Origin: Guillardia theta CCMP2712
Lineage: Eukaryota; Protista; Cryptophyta
Direction of reading: 5' to 3'
Assembly (NCBI RefSeq): GCF_000315625.1
Contig: NW_005434654.1
Location: forward strand, 697,881 to 761,880
Length of the DNA stretch: 64,000 nt
A program made the position numbers and the translations under genes. How positions within the stretch are numbered: the first letter of the stretch is position 1; each line of letters starts with the position of its first letter. This document shows positions 1 through 12,311 of this stretch, piece by piece. The notes below the pieces were generated by a model. It saw only the letters and a list, made by a program, of their open reading frames with translations, did not search any database and had not been told where the DNA came from.

Positions 1-3000
1 CGAGGCCGGGCAGAACCATTGAAGGAAGTGATCGACCTGACTGGTGAAGATTGAATGGAAGAAGAGCGGCGGGTGTTGTGTTGGGATGACGAGCTTCTGT
101 TATCCTCTTGGTGTTGTTATGTGCCATGTGCCTCTCTCGCCCTTGAGAACGACTCCAATCTCCTGCCTCGTCCTCGTCCAATCAGACTTGGTACTCAATC
201 TCTTCGCTCATCTGCCCACGTCGAGCTGCAGGGATGGAGGAGGAAAGGGAAGAGGAGAACTGCTCTCGCATCTCCCTCAAGCCTTCAACGTCCTCGTGCT
301 GGAGCCCCACGTAAGCAGCTGCTCCTCCCGGTCCCTTCTGCCAACATTTCACACTTGTCCTTAGCTCCTCCGCTCCTCACCTTCCTCAGTAACTCCAAGG
401 CAGCCAACTTGTCTGGTGACGAGAACCTGGACGACGTCAAGCAAGGACAAGAGGGACAAGGATCACCGCTCTCCATGCTCGACAGTCAGAGAGCGAGCAA
501 GCGGATCGTGGCGAGGCGCAGGGAGCAGGAAGGGCTCATGATTGCGAGGGGACTTGAACTTGATCCGCACAGGCTCTTCCTGCTCCACCTGCGTCTGCTC
601 GACGCTGAGCCGAGGGACTCTGAGTTCTTGGCTACTGGTGGGGGAAGAGGAAGGAGCCTCTTGATCCACCAGAGGTGCGCGAACAAGCGGGACGAGGAGC
701 TTCACGCGTTTCTCACGGCCAGTCGCTGCCAGCAGTAAGGAGGCACAATGGACGAGACCTACACACCTCCTTTGATCCTCCTCGTTAGTGAGAGCTTGAC
801 CACATGCCCCGCACGTCCCTTCGTCCCTGTAAGTTCCTCCCGCTCCCCCTCCTCATTCACCTTGATCAGTGAAGCTGCAAACTGCATGTCGCGACCTTTT
901 CGCAGGCATTGAGTTGAAATCTTTCCGTCCTCCCCTCCTCACCTATGATGCGATTCCCGTCCACGGCCGTCAGCTCGTCGCCCAGCAGCACCTTCCACTG
1001 TCTCAGCTGAGGAGCTTCATGGAGGTCTAGCTAGTGCTGACGTCTTTCTCTCTCCTCACCTTGCCCGACTGAGCTGCTACTCCAGCTGGGAGACTCTCAA
1101 TGACAAAAGTCCCATCGCTTGTTCGCGTTAGCTGAATGCCGATGCCTCCGGGTCGCTCCAGCCCTTCCTTCTCTATCCTCCCTCTCGCAACCGCCTCCTC
1201 CTCGTACAAGTCCACTTCTTCCGCAAGAATAATCTCAGCAACAAAGGAACAAAGAGGAAAGGTGGTGATGGTAAAGGAGGGGTGGAGGAAAGAGGGACGG
1301 GAGGAGAGGAGGATGCCAACCTGGTGAGCATGGTGTTCCTGTCTTCAACGAGGCTTGTTGCAACCTGATGCACGAGGTGAGCTAGCTATGCTCGCGCTCC
1401 TCTCAGCGACTCATCACATGGGAGGGGAGCAGCGACTTGGCTGCTGCGATTCGACGTGACGGTCGGGGCTGCTGACGCTCGAATTGCCGTGAGCGAAGCG
1501 ACGAGAAGGGAGGTTGAGAGCGATGAGGTCCTCCTCTCGTCGGTTGCTCCTCCTGCTCCCCATCACCAACTCACTTGTCCGACATTCTTATGCTCTCCGT
1601 CACCTCATCGCTTCCTTGTTGCTTGGACTGCAAATCCTGCTCGTGATGTCTCTTGCCTTTCTCAAAGTCAAGAACTTCTTCTTCCCTCCTCATCCTATTC
1701 CTGCTGGCCACTTCCATGGTCCCTCTACTTTCATGACATCCCTATCCCTCCTCTTCCTCCCCCTCACCTCTCTCAACGACGAATAGGTTTTCTCGAGCTC
1801 GCTGTCGTAGGACCTGTTCATGACGCTCAGCAGCTCACGCGCAGGGCTCGAGGTCTCCGACGTGTCTAAAGGGGTCGAGCAGTCCTGCGGTCCCTTGGGG
1901 TCTCCGGCTGCTAATAACTTGTCGTTTTTTGTCTCTGACGCTTCCACGTTGAGCGGATCGAGCGGAGGAGAGGAGGAGGCGGAGGCTGCGTGAGGCCCCA
2001 ACGATCCCACTGACCGGAGTCTTCTTCGAGTAGAAGAAGCGGAGGGAGAGGAGGAAGGTCGTCGAGCCTCCAGTTCTTTTCCTTCCTGAAGCCAAGCCTA
2101 TGGAGGGAGGAAGTGACTAGCAAGTTGGAGAAAACAAGCAACTTGAGGGTCACTTCGCGCTGGAGGGCTTGGATCCTTTCCTCCCTTAATTTGGCGGTTT
2201 CATACAAGCGTGCGGAGTTTGTCTTTTCTTTCCTCGCACTCTTGCGCTCCCCTGCTCACGCAGTTGGTTATTCCTCCCTTTCCTTGACTCTCCCTTCCTC
2301 GTCTCACTTGTCTCGTTTCGATCCTGCTGCGCTCTTGCCAACTTCTCGATCTTGTCACTTCGCTGCTGAGCAACACAGACGTCATACCCCAGGCTTCCTC
2401 TCCTCCTCCTCCTCCTCACCTTCCCTGCGTCCATAAGCCTGTCCTGCAAACACAAAAGTCAGCCGGTGAGTTGAGCTTCAGCTAGAGGCTCGTCTTGTCA
2501 CCTCAACGTTTCCTCGCCTCCTTCCCTCTCGCTCCATCTGTTCAGCTATTCTTCTGCTTCTCGCCAAGATAGCTGGGCTGCTGCTCGAGCCCTCAAGCCT
2601 CTTGGCGCTGGTCGATGGCTTAGGAGTTGCAAGCACTGCGGCGACTGGTCGAGGGAGGGAGGAAGAGGACGAGTACAGCGAACGAAGCTCATTCATCTCA
2701 AGTACTGCACCTGCCTCCTCCCTCCTCACCTTCTCCTTTGCGAGCCGTTTTGACCTGAAGCAAACAAGATCAGAAGGTCGTAGGAAACAGCTCAATTCAC
2801 TTCTCGTTGATTTCTGGGCGGAAGGTACAGAAAGACATTTCGCGCGACAATAGTTTCTGAGCAGCTTCTTGCTGGGGTGTGCTCTCAGCGAACAGTGTGA
2901 GGAGGATAGAAGAAGCGAGGAGGATAGGAAAAGCGAGGAGGAAGGGAGAGGAGGAAGGGAGAGGAGGAAGGGAGAGGAGGTAGGGAGGTGAATGAAAGAT

Positions 3001-4282
3001 GGGCAGGGGGGAAGAGGAAGGAGAGCAGAAGGAAGAAAGCTAACCTTCTTCTTCTCGCGGGCTTCCAGGGTCAATCCTCCTCTCGTGTTGGGGCGACTTG
3101 GGCAGCTGCCTGGCTGATTCCACGAGTAGTCGATGGCTGTCAGGGACTCGCGGGCTCTTCTCAGCTCAATTGCGCCCCCAGCGGCAGCCGAGGCTTGGCC
3201 GATCCCGAAGTTTCTGAGAGCATCTGACCCCCATCCCTCTCCGAGATCTAGAGCCCCGCTGAAGCTGCCAGGACGTCACGTCGCTACTTCCTCCTTCTGT
3301 GAGACCTCTCAAGCAGCTCCAGTGCCTCTTGCCGCTGCTGCCCGTCGACCGCGCTCATCATCAAGAACTTCTTGGCAGACGCGAAGATGCCTGAGGAGCG
3401 TGACGATGAGTGACAAGAGGCGAATAGTCGCACCAGCAGATTCATGCGGCACTTCCTTCGCCTGCTCTTGCTCGCCCTTATCTTCTCTTGCTTTGTCCTT
3501 ACCTTCCCTCCCTTCCTCCTTCAGCCTATGTGAGTTTGCCTGTCGCCCGATGTAGGGGCGAGGTGCTTGTATCCTTCTCGGACTTGGCTCAGCGCTGGAG
3601 CTCGAGGAGGTCAAGAGCTCTTGCTGGGAGACGAGAGGAGACGTCTGGGAAGCAAAAGGAAGACATTGAGCACTCCAGCATCCTGCGTCGAGAGCCTATT
3701 GGACGTCATCGGTCCCCATTCTCCACCTCCTCCTCACCTTGATCCATCCCTCCGGGGTCAAGCACTGCCGATTTGCTCGAGGACTTCGAGGCGAGTTGGT
3801 GGCCGAGTCATCAGGGGGATGCGACTGCACCGGAGGATTAGCAGAGTGGAGCACGTGGACATGCTTACCTTGAGCTGCTCGACTGAGAGGGGTTGGAAGT
3901 TAACTCTGAGATGCTGGCTGCCTCGCGCTGATCCGATCGCGTCGTCGTCCAAGGTGGTGGAACAGATCCCACCATCGTTACCGAAGAAGTGGAAAGGGGC
4001 ATCACGTTCACAAGTGACCTCTCTCTCTCTGCTTGTTTCCTCGCAAACCTTCCAATCTGATGCTTCTTCTGCTGCTTCTTCTGCTGCTTCTTCTGGTGCT
4101 TCTTCTGCTGCTACTTCTGGTGCAATACTCGTCTGTTCGAAACTGACATGCGCATTCGAGCAGTCGGGAGACAAGGTCAAGAGCTGAGCCACCTCCTTTT
4201 CGAGCTCCTTCGCTTCCTTTCGCAGCGAGAAGAAGCTTCCTTCAGTCACTCCATACCCTCCAGCAGCATCAACAGACGCCAT
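1..4282 (-). CDS. Multi-exon coiled-coil/low-complexity protein with a PDZ domain; runs off the left window edge and may be more than one gene
   Basis: Spliced exons at ~770-1215 read GGIGIQLTRTSDGTFVIESLPAGVAAQSGK|VLLGDELTAVDGNRII|GRDMQFAASLIK..GHVVKLSLTR, a typical PDZ pattern. A chain of minus-strand exon-like ORFs with GT-AG introns leads up to an ATG at 4282 (MASVDAAGG). Confidence 0.6.
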
Positions 4283-5029
4283 TCTCACACGATCAGATCC
4301 AACTCATCCTGCACAAACAGGTCAGCCTCCCTTTCTCCCTCCTCTATCTTCAATACCCATCCTCCTCTCCTCAAACCCCTCGTCTGCCTCCCTTCCCCTT
4401 CCGCTCAACTCCTCACCCGACCTTTCTTCTACACAGTTCCTTCAGATCGTCCCCCCCCCCCCTCTTCCTTCTCTCACTTCTCTCCCCTCCTTTATCTTGG
4501 TTTCCTCGGCTCTGTCCCTCCTATCCCCCGTGGTCAAGAGAGATCCTCCTTCCCCTTCCCTCCCTCTCCTCCCTCTCTGTTCCCTCTCCATCTCCCTTCA
4601 TTCCTCCGTTCTCTTCCCTCCCTCTCCTCCTCACTCCCTCTTCCCCCCCTTTCCTCCCTTCCTCTCCCCATCTCCCCATCCTTCCTCTCCCCCCTCCTCC
4701 CACTCGCCCCGTCGGATGCATGGTTTTGAGTCTCCTAGGACCTTCCTATGACACCCTGGTCGGTGTGAAGGTTTCGTATGGATTCATAAAAAAAATCAAA
4801 AATCAAGATCGCCGGACTCCGAACCGTCTCCGAGGCTCGGAGAGTCAGTGGGCTGGCGCCCTGTGACTTCTCAGTGGCCGAGGCTGTGAATCGTGACGGG
4901 CCCGGCATGACCAGATGAAACGGAGGCACCGTGTGATCAGGGTCAGCTGCCAGTGTACTCTGGTGACCAGCCCCGGCTATCATGCAGTGCCAGTGTTGTG
5001 TGCAGTGCGTGAATAGTACGGAAGTTTCT

Positions 5030-6720
5030 TCTGCTTGAGGCACTTTCTACCTCAGTGTGCGAGTCACCGGCTGCACTGCCGCCAGCCCACGCAGATCCTC
5101 TAAGCTTCCTGCAGCGGCGCTCCACCGACGGTACTCTGCATCCTGACACCCTCCCCTTCATCAGGCTTGTACAGTGGCAGACATCATCGCTCAGCGGCGC
5201 CGTCGAGGCCCTCGAGGATGTGGGCTGTTTGGTTGGCACTTCCGCCGATTCCCCGGCGGAGCCCTGCCATGTTTGGTCGGCACTTCCGATTCCCCGGCGG
5301 CGGAGCCCTGCCATGTTTGGTCGGCACTTCCGATTCCCGGCGGCGGAGTCCTGCCATGATGTCGGATGCCAGACCTGCTGCTGAGCGGCTCCGAGGATCC
5401 TCGAGCGGCCACTGAGGACACCTCCTCCGACTCCGGAGTCCCGGAGTCGCCGGAGGTCTCGGACTCAGCGCCGGCCGCAGTCCTTGTAGGCACTTTTTAC
5501 CTTATGCGAGTAAAACTCTACTTTCTTGTCGGCGGCTGCCCTTTCTCCGTCATGAGGTCGTTCACGTCCCCTCAGTGCTGTGCCGGTATCCCGGCGCTCG
5601 TTGCTTGCCCCTCTCTGCTTGTCTACGTGGCTTCCAGCAGTGCTGGTTACTTTCGGTCTTGTGTACTGTTTCGTGTATTTGCCCCGCGTTTGTTGCTGCA
5701 GTGTTGAGTTAACTGAAAAAAGGTCTGATGTTTTGCTTGTTGCTGCTTTCTTCTGCTTGAGGCACTTTTTACCTTATGCTCAGAGTGCCTATATTGGTAG
5801 GAGGGCCCGGCGTAAGATTTACGGTTGCCAGCAGTGCTGGTTCTTTTCGGGCTTGTGTTTTGTGTGTGTTTGTGCAGCTTCTCGCTGTGCGCTGTGTGCA
5901 AGCAGGTTTAGCTTGTTCCTGCTTTGTTTTGCTTGAGGCACATTTTACATTCTGCCAGTAAATCCCCGTTCTGCTTGAGGCACTTTTTACCTTTTATGCG
6001 AGTAAAACTCTATCAAAACAAGCAAAAGAAAGCAGCTGCATGCACACAGCGCCACAGCGAGAAGCTGCACAAACACACACAACCAAACAAGAACAACTTT
6101 TTACCTTCTGCGAGTAAAACTCTGAGACGGCCCAAGAGTAACCAGCACTGCTGGTAGCTTACGGTGTGTGTCACAGTTTATGCAGCTTCTCGCTGTGCGC
6201 TGTGTGCATGCAGGTTTAGCTTGTTCCTGCTTTGTTTTGCTTGAGGCACTTTTTACTTTTTATGCGAGTAAACACGTGACTTCGTTACCCGGTAGCTCTG
6301 CCAACCTGCTTTTGTTGCTGTGTGCAAAAAACAAGACCAAAAGCAGACCGTTTACTGGCAGGGGGGCGTCCGAGATGAAACTCCCTTAGACGCGATACTA
6401 GGTGCCCCGGAGGCATCCGACTGACCACTGTCAGTCGAGACGTCCCCCGCCGCCGCAAAGCTGGCGGCATTACGGAATCACGGTCGCGGACGAAGAAAGA
6501 GCAGCCGCCGACGGCGGGAGGGGGGGGGGGGCTGTGTGCATCGAAGCATGCAGGTTTAGCTTGTTCCTGCAACTTAGCAGGTTTAGCGTGTTCCTGTACC
6601 TTCTGCCAGTAAATCCGTCCATGCTTTCTTTTGCTTTAGAGGGAGTCCGATTTACTGGCAGAAGGTAAAAAGTGCCTCAAGCAAATTGCTGGTTCTTTTC
6701 GGGCTTGTGTTTTGTGAATG
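5030..6720. mobile_element. Cluster of degenerate 3'-end/3'UTR fragments of the CRE-like retrotransposon, in both orientations
   Basis: The terminal module tgcttgaggcactttttaccttctgccagtaaatcc, or its variant ...ttatgcgagtaaaactcta, recurs at ~5031, 5487, 5752, 5929, 5969, 6097, 6237, 6597 and 6649(-). A degenerate RLE C-terminus (STDGTLHPDTL) lies at ~5120-5200. Confidence 0.85.
5226..5360 (+). repeat. Three tandem ~43-bp units (tgtttggtcggcacttccgattccccggcggcggagccctgcca)
   Basis: Direct tandem repetition visible in the sequence. Confidence 0.85.
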
Positions 6721-6933
6721 CCCAAGGACCGGCGTGACCCGCCGCTCCCGACCGATGCCGGGGAGGATCGAGCTCTCCGGAGGCACCCGAAGTCACAGTG
6801 AGGGACGGAGACGCCTCGCCAGCTCCGCGCCGATCGTCGGCGCCACTCTGGATGTTTCCCCCATCGGAGTCGGAGACCTCCGGCGAAGACTCCTCCTCGG
6901 GCGACTCGACAAAGTCCGAGGAGGAGCTGTCCT

Positions 6934-9020
6934 CCGCCACCAGCAGCACCCGCAGCAGCAGCAGCCGCAGCTGCAGCACCCGCGTCAGCAGCAGCAGCAA
7001 CAGCAGCAGCAGCAACCACCACAGCAGCGACCACAACCGCGCGGGCCGAGGGAGCAGCGGCAGTCCGGCCAATCGTCTCAGGAGTCTGAGCCTGCTCCTC
7101 CGCCGCGACCTACGCTGTCCCTCACCTCTGCGAGCGAGCGCCAAAGACAGTTGGCGATTCATCAGTTCACTGCGGGTGACCTTCATCGGGCGGTACGGAC
7201 ACTACTGAGCTCCGGCATCTACAGGGCTGAACCTTTCGCTGATCTTCTTGCTGAAGCACAAGAGAAGTTCCCTGATGGTGCGTCGCCTGCCTTTGGAAGT
7301 GCTTCCGCGGATCATCTCACCCAGCAAGCGCTTGCAGTACTGCAGGCGGATTTGACTGACATCCTCGACACCACTAGCCTGATCCAGGCGATCAAGCGCT
7401 ACAGCTCCTTTGCGGGGACCGATCATCGGACCAAGGGTGGAGGATTTGGCAACACCTGTCACCCCTTTCTAGTCATCCTGCAGCTTTGAAGCTCTACTGG
7501 GTGGGCTGGATGGCATTGTAGCTGAAGAAGAGCCTTAAGCGCCGTCTCAAGACTCAACTTCTTCACTTCGAGGTCGTCACTGGCGGGATTACACTTGGCG
7601 GCCTGCCTATCGGCACGGATGGATTTCATGCTAGTCAGCTCCGAGCGAAGGTTTCTACCCTCAACGAAGAGCTCTCGAAGCTCGGGCTCGTCCAGCATGG
7701 CTTCATGTTCAAGACGCTGGTGAGGGCGAGCCATCTCCAGAAGCTGCGCTTCTTCCTCCAGGGGTCTTCTCCGTTTCTCCCGCGGGTCCAATCACAGATT
7801 CGTCGCTTTGACCTCTCTGTCCACCTGGCGCTTGAGAAATACCACCGCTGGCCTTCCTCGCAGTACCTTGCCGCGCATCCCGACCTGCTAGAGTTTGCGA
7901 GGTTCAAGCGGGAGCTTCCGCATAGTCGAGGAGGGGACGAGTTCACGCCCTCTGAGGGTCTACACCCCGCTGTTTACTATACGGCTATCGCTCGCTTCCT
8001 CGCTTCAGGCTTGGTACTCTGACCAGCCCATGTCACGGACCCTGCCCTCTCCTCATAGCCTGGACGTTCACTGCTCGAGATCTCTCCGTGCCCAGAAGCA
8101 TCCTCTGGCGACCTTCTTCGGCTTCGCGCTTGGGCTGGCGCTGCCGCGTCTGGGTGCCAGCAGTGCTGGTTCTTTTCGGGCTTGTGTTTTGTGTGTGATT
8201 GTGCAGCTTCTCGCTGTGGACTGTGTATCTGCCGGTTCAGCTTGTTCCTGCTTTGTTTTGCTTGAGGCACTTTTTATCTTCTGCCAGTAAATCCTATACC
8301 CCCTTCTTCGTTGAGGCGCACGACTTCGTTCATAATGCTGGAGCGATCCTCTACCGTCGTGTCAAGGCTCCTGCACCGGCTGCAGATGGCGCGGCGATCC
8401 CACCTGCCCCGGCTGCTGTGCCTGATGACGCAGGACGCCCCCCGGCATCTGTGGTACACATCCCTGGTTTGCGCGCTCTCGTCGACTCGTCTCATGAGCA
8501 CTTCATTCCTCCCCCTGCGCAGCGAAATGTGACTCCTCTTGTCATGCGCGTCTTCCCTCGCCATGTGCATGCTCGCGCTGCGCTGACCGATCAGCAGCGT
8601 GATATCCTCACCTTGCACAGCCGCAGGACACACTCGCTCAAGTCGCAGGATAGGGTCTTGCAGTCTACCATCTTCGCTCATTTTCCTGAGCGAGACCTGA
8701 GCCACTCTCCGATGCGAGTCTCGAGCTACTACCCCCTCAAGGCCTTCCCGCACCGCTATGCTCAGATGCTCGACTGCTATCTCCATGGCATGCCGATCTG
8801 CCAGTGTCCGACGAAATGTGATGGATGTCAGCGCGAGCTCGACCCCTCCGTTGCTGCACATCATCTCCAGACCTGCAAACGCCGATCCTCCAAGCTTCCC
8901 ACGGCGCATGACAACCTTACTCGTACGATTCGGTCGATGCTGAACGAAGCTGGTCTTCAGAGCGTCATCGATACAATGGGGGATCCTCGTTCTCGACGGC
9001 AGGTACCCTCCCATCCTCAT
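6934..9020 (+). pseudogene. CRE-like non-LTR retrotransposon ORF fragment: Q-rich N-terminal region, pre-RT region, RT7/thumb and CCHC knuckle; internally deleted and frameshifted
   Basis: Motifs: AGDLHRAVRTLLSSG...QEKFP (pre-RT); GITLGGLPIGTDGF (RT7, ~7575); LPHSRGG..HPAVYYTAI (thumb); CDGC..HHLQTCK..AHDNL (CCHC and RHD-like motif). Interrupted at 8121-8301 and truncated at 9020. Confidence 0.85.
8121..8301 (+). mobile_element. 181-bp 5'-truncated 3'UTR copy inserted into another copy of the same element, with a 9-bp TSD
   Basis: ccttcttcg lies at both 8112-8120 and 8302-8310. The empty site gcgaccttcttcgttgaggc is present in the copies at ~13075 and ~20555. Confidence 0.9.
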
Positions 9021-9022
9021 AT

Positions 9023-9715
9023 CATATAGGATTTACTGGCAGAAGATAAAAAGTGCCTCAAGCAAAACAAAGCAGGAACAAGCTGAACCGGCAGGCACAC
9101 AGTCCACAGCGAGAAGCTGCACAAACACACACAAAACACAAGCCCGAAAAGAACCAGCACTGCCACCCAGACGCGGCATCGCCAGCCCAAGCGCGAAGCC
9201 GCGCAGACAAGCAGCCTAAGGGTCAAGCAATCAAGCAACAAGCAGCAGGAGCATGCAGGAGGAATAAAATCCCTTAGACGCGATACCCGGAGGCAGCCGA
9301 CTGACCACTGTCAGTCGAGACGTCCGCTGCCGCCACAAAGCGGGCGGCCGCGGACGGAGAAAGGGCAGCCGCCGACAAGGAGCCGGCGCTGCCCGGGTGT
9401 CCGCCTGGGGCAGCGGACGGAGGGAGGCTGGACACAGGAACACGGTACCGCTCGAGGTAGTCCTCCTCGCTAGCCTCCGAGTCAGCGGTAGCCGAGTCAG
9501 TGGTAGCCGCCCGTGACGGCGGCGACGCCGCGGCAATGCCCAAGGACCGGCGTGACCCGACCGATGCCGGGGAGGAAGCAGGCGAGCTCGGACCAGCAGC
9601 AAGCACCCCAGTGGTGTCGAGCTCTCCGGAGGCACCCGACGTCACAGTGAGGGACGGAGACGCCTCGCCAGCTCCGCGCCGATCGTCGGGGCCACTCGAA
9701 GGGTTTCCCCCATCA
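9023..9715 (-). mobile_element. 5'-truncated copy of the retroelement 3' end: C-terminal ORF tail plus complete ~250-nt 3'UTR
   Basis: Encodes ...SGQSAASGYRV* (stop 9274-9276), followed by a UTR ending ccagtaaatcctata. Inverted relative to 11290-11755. Confidence 0.9.
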
Positions 9716-10475
9716 AACATATCCTCCAAGGGGTCCTTCTTGGCCAAATGCCGGATCTTCTTATTCCTGCCCTGTCAGCCATTCGTCGAGGATGCAGATT
9801 TATTCCCCTCTCCAAGGGAGCTGATAAACCTGGTCTCCGGCCAATTGTCATCGGTTCTGCCGCACACCGTCGACTTGCGACGAAGCTTGCTTTGGCAGCG
9901 ATTCGCTCATTTCTTGACCAGCACTTCCTCTCGTCTCACCCTCGAGCGATTCAGTTCGGACTCGATCGAGACGGCTGGCTGAAGTTCTCGCAAACCGCGT
10001 CAGCGCTCCTGCCCCTTCACGCTCGCGGTGATGATGAGGATGTTGCCAACCCCACAGTGCTGGTGAGTTTGGATGCAAAGAACGCCTTCAACTCCCTCGA
10101 CCGCCAGGCTCTCTTCGATGCAATCGAGGGACGTGCGAGTCGCGACTACTTTGATGGGAGCATCACTGAAGGCGCTCGCTTGCCCTCTTGCGAGCATCTC
10201 CGTTTGTTCGCCTCCTACCTCTCCAGCTACTATGGAGACTCTGCTGACCTTCGACTCTTTCACAAAAGTCAGTCAGCCTCCGTTCAGTGTACCTCGGGCG
10301 TCTGTCAGGGCGATGTCCCCTCCAGCGTATTTTTCTGCCACAGTATCCACCCCCTGCTCCTCCATATCGCAGAGCTTTTTCCCTCTGTTCGAGTCTTGGC
10401 CTATGCTGACAACGTCGTGCTTGTCGGTCCACTCGAGGATGCCGTTGCAGCTACGTCCGCTATGAAGAAGGATTT
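9716..10475 (+). pseudogene. Reverse transcriptase core (subdomains ~1-5) of a CRE-clade non-LTR retrotransposon
   Basis: IPLSKG..GLRPIVIG..RRL, IQFG, VSLDAKNAFNSLDR, GVCQGDVPSSVFF, LAYADNVVL. Truncated by an inverted 3'UTR insertion at 10476. Confidence 0.92.
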
Positions 10476-10724
10476 GGATTTACTGGCAGAAGATAAAAAG
10501 TGCCTCAAGCAAAACAAAGCAGGAACAAGCTGAACCGGCAGGCACACAGTCCACAGCGAGAAGCTGCACAAACACACACAAAACACAAGCCCGAAAAGAA
10601 CCAGCACTGCTGGCACCCAGACGCGGCATCGCCAGCCCAGCAGGAGCATGCAGGAGGAATAAAATCCCTTAGACGCGATACCCGGAGGCAGCCGACTGAC
10701 CACTGTCAGTCGAGACGTCCGCTG
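10476..10724 (-). mobile_element. Inverted 3'UTR copy with internal deletion, inserted into the RT
   Basis: Near-identical to 9029-9330 apart from a deletion in the UTR. Confidence 0.9.
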
Positions 10725-10735
10725 TAATCGTACTT

Positions 10736-12080
10736 GATGGCGGACGTGACGTTGGTCCACCCTTACATTGGTGGCGGACGTGACGTGACTAGATGGCGGA
10801 CGTGACGTTGGTCCACCCTTACATTGGTAGCTCTGCCGACCTGACCAAGTGGGGGGAGGTCAACCTCGACGCCCTCCATGTTGCAGCGTCTGAGAAGATT
10901 CGCAAACATCGCGCTGCATATGCCATGACTACTCCTCCTCGAGCGTTCATCCCTCTTGCCATCTCGACGGACGGTACCCTGCATCCTGACACCCTCCGCT
11001 TCATCTGGTATCTCGCGGACATCATTGCTCAGCGCTCAATGCCTCTTGAGGATGCGGCGTTTGGTCGGCCCTTCGTGCCTGATGACGGCCCTGCTGCTGA
11101 GGTCTTGGCTCGCAAACGCGCCGCCACCTATCAGCGCCTCACCATGCAGCTGACGCTGGAGGCGCTCTTGTCTGGTGCGAGGCGCATGACGCCCTTGCGG
11201 GCGCAAGCACTTCTCGAGCCAGAGGACAGCTCCTCCTCGGACTTTGTCGAGTCGCCCGAGGAGTCTTCGCCGGAGGTCTCCGACTCCGATGGGGGACACC
11301 CTTCGAGTGGCGCCGACGATCGGCGCGGAGCTGGCGAGGCGTCTCCGTCCCTCACTGTGACGTCGGGTGCCTCCGGAGAGCTCGACACCACTGGGGTGCT
11401 TGCTGCTGGTCCGAGCTCGCCTGCTTCCTCCCCGGCATCGGTCGGGTCACGCCGGTCCTTGGGCATTGCCGCGGCGTCGCCGCCGTCACGGGCGGCTACC
11501 GCTGACTCGGCTACCGCTGACTCGGAGGCTAGCGAGGAGGACTACCTCGAGCGGTACCGTGTTCATGTGTCCAGCCTCCCTCCGTCCGCTGCCCCAGGCG
11601 GACCCCCGGGCAGCGCCGGCTCCTTGTCGGCGGCTGCCCTTTCTCCGTCCGCGGCCGCCCGCTTTGTGGCGGCAGCGGACGTCTCGACTGACAGTGGTCA
11701 GTCGGCTGCCTCCGGGTATCGCGTCTAAGGGATTTTATTCCTCCTGCATGCTCCTTCACCATGCAGCTGACGCTGGAAGCGCTCTTGTCTGGTGCGAGGC
11801 GCAGGCGGTATAGGATTTACTGGCAGAAGGTAAAAAGTGCCTCAAGCAAAACAAATGACGCCCTTGCGGGCGCAAGCACTTCTCGAGCCAGAGGACAGCT
11901 CCTCCTCGGACTTTGTCGAGTCGCCCGAGGAGTCTTCGCCGGAGGTCTCCGACTCCGATGGGGGACACCCTTCGAGTGGCGCCGACGATCGGCGCGGAGC
12001 TGGCGAGGCGTCTCCGTCCCTCACTGTGACGTCGGGTGCCTCCGGAGAGCTCGACACCACTGGGGTGCTTGCTGCTGGTG
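10736..12080 (+). pseudogene. Restriction-like endonuclease (RLE) domain plus Ser/acidic C-terminal tail of the retroelement, followed by a partial tandem duplicate
   Basis: MADVTLVHP..EKIRKH..FIPLAISTDGTLHPDTLRFI matches the CRE-type RLE; the ORF ends GYRV* at 11728. Duplicate segment 11756-12080 carries a 52-bp inverted terminal fragment at 11804-11855. Confidence 0.88.
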
Positions 12081-12311
12081 ACGTAGAGGAGGCCTTCCTA
12101 GCTGAGCCGTCTTGCTAAGGTCCTCTCATGTCTGGATGCTTGGGTTTCACATCAGTAGTAGCATACAGTCTATCTCTCATGTGCTCCTCAATTCTGGTTT
12201 TGTGTGCATTAAACTTGGTCTTGAGCAAAAACTGTCTTGTTACAACTAAGGTCGATGTGATGTCTGCGTGACTTTGGACTAGTACAAGTCTAACAAACTT
12301 GTATTCCGTCA

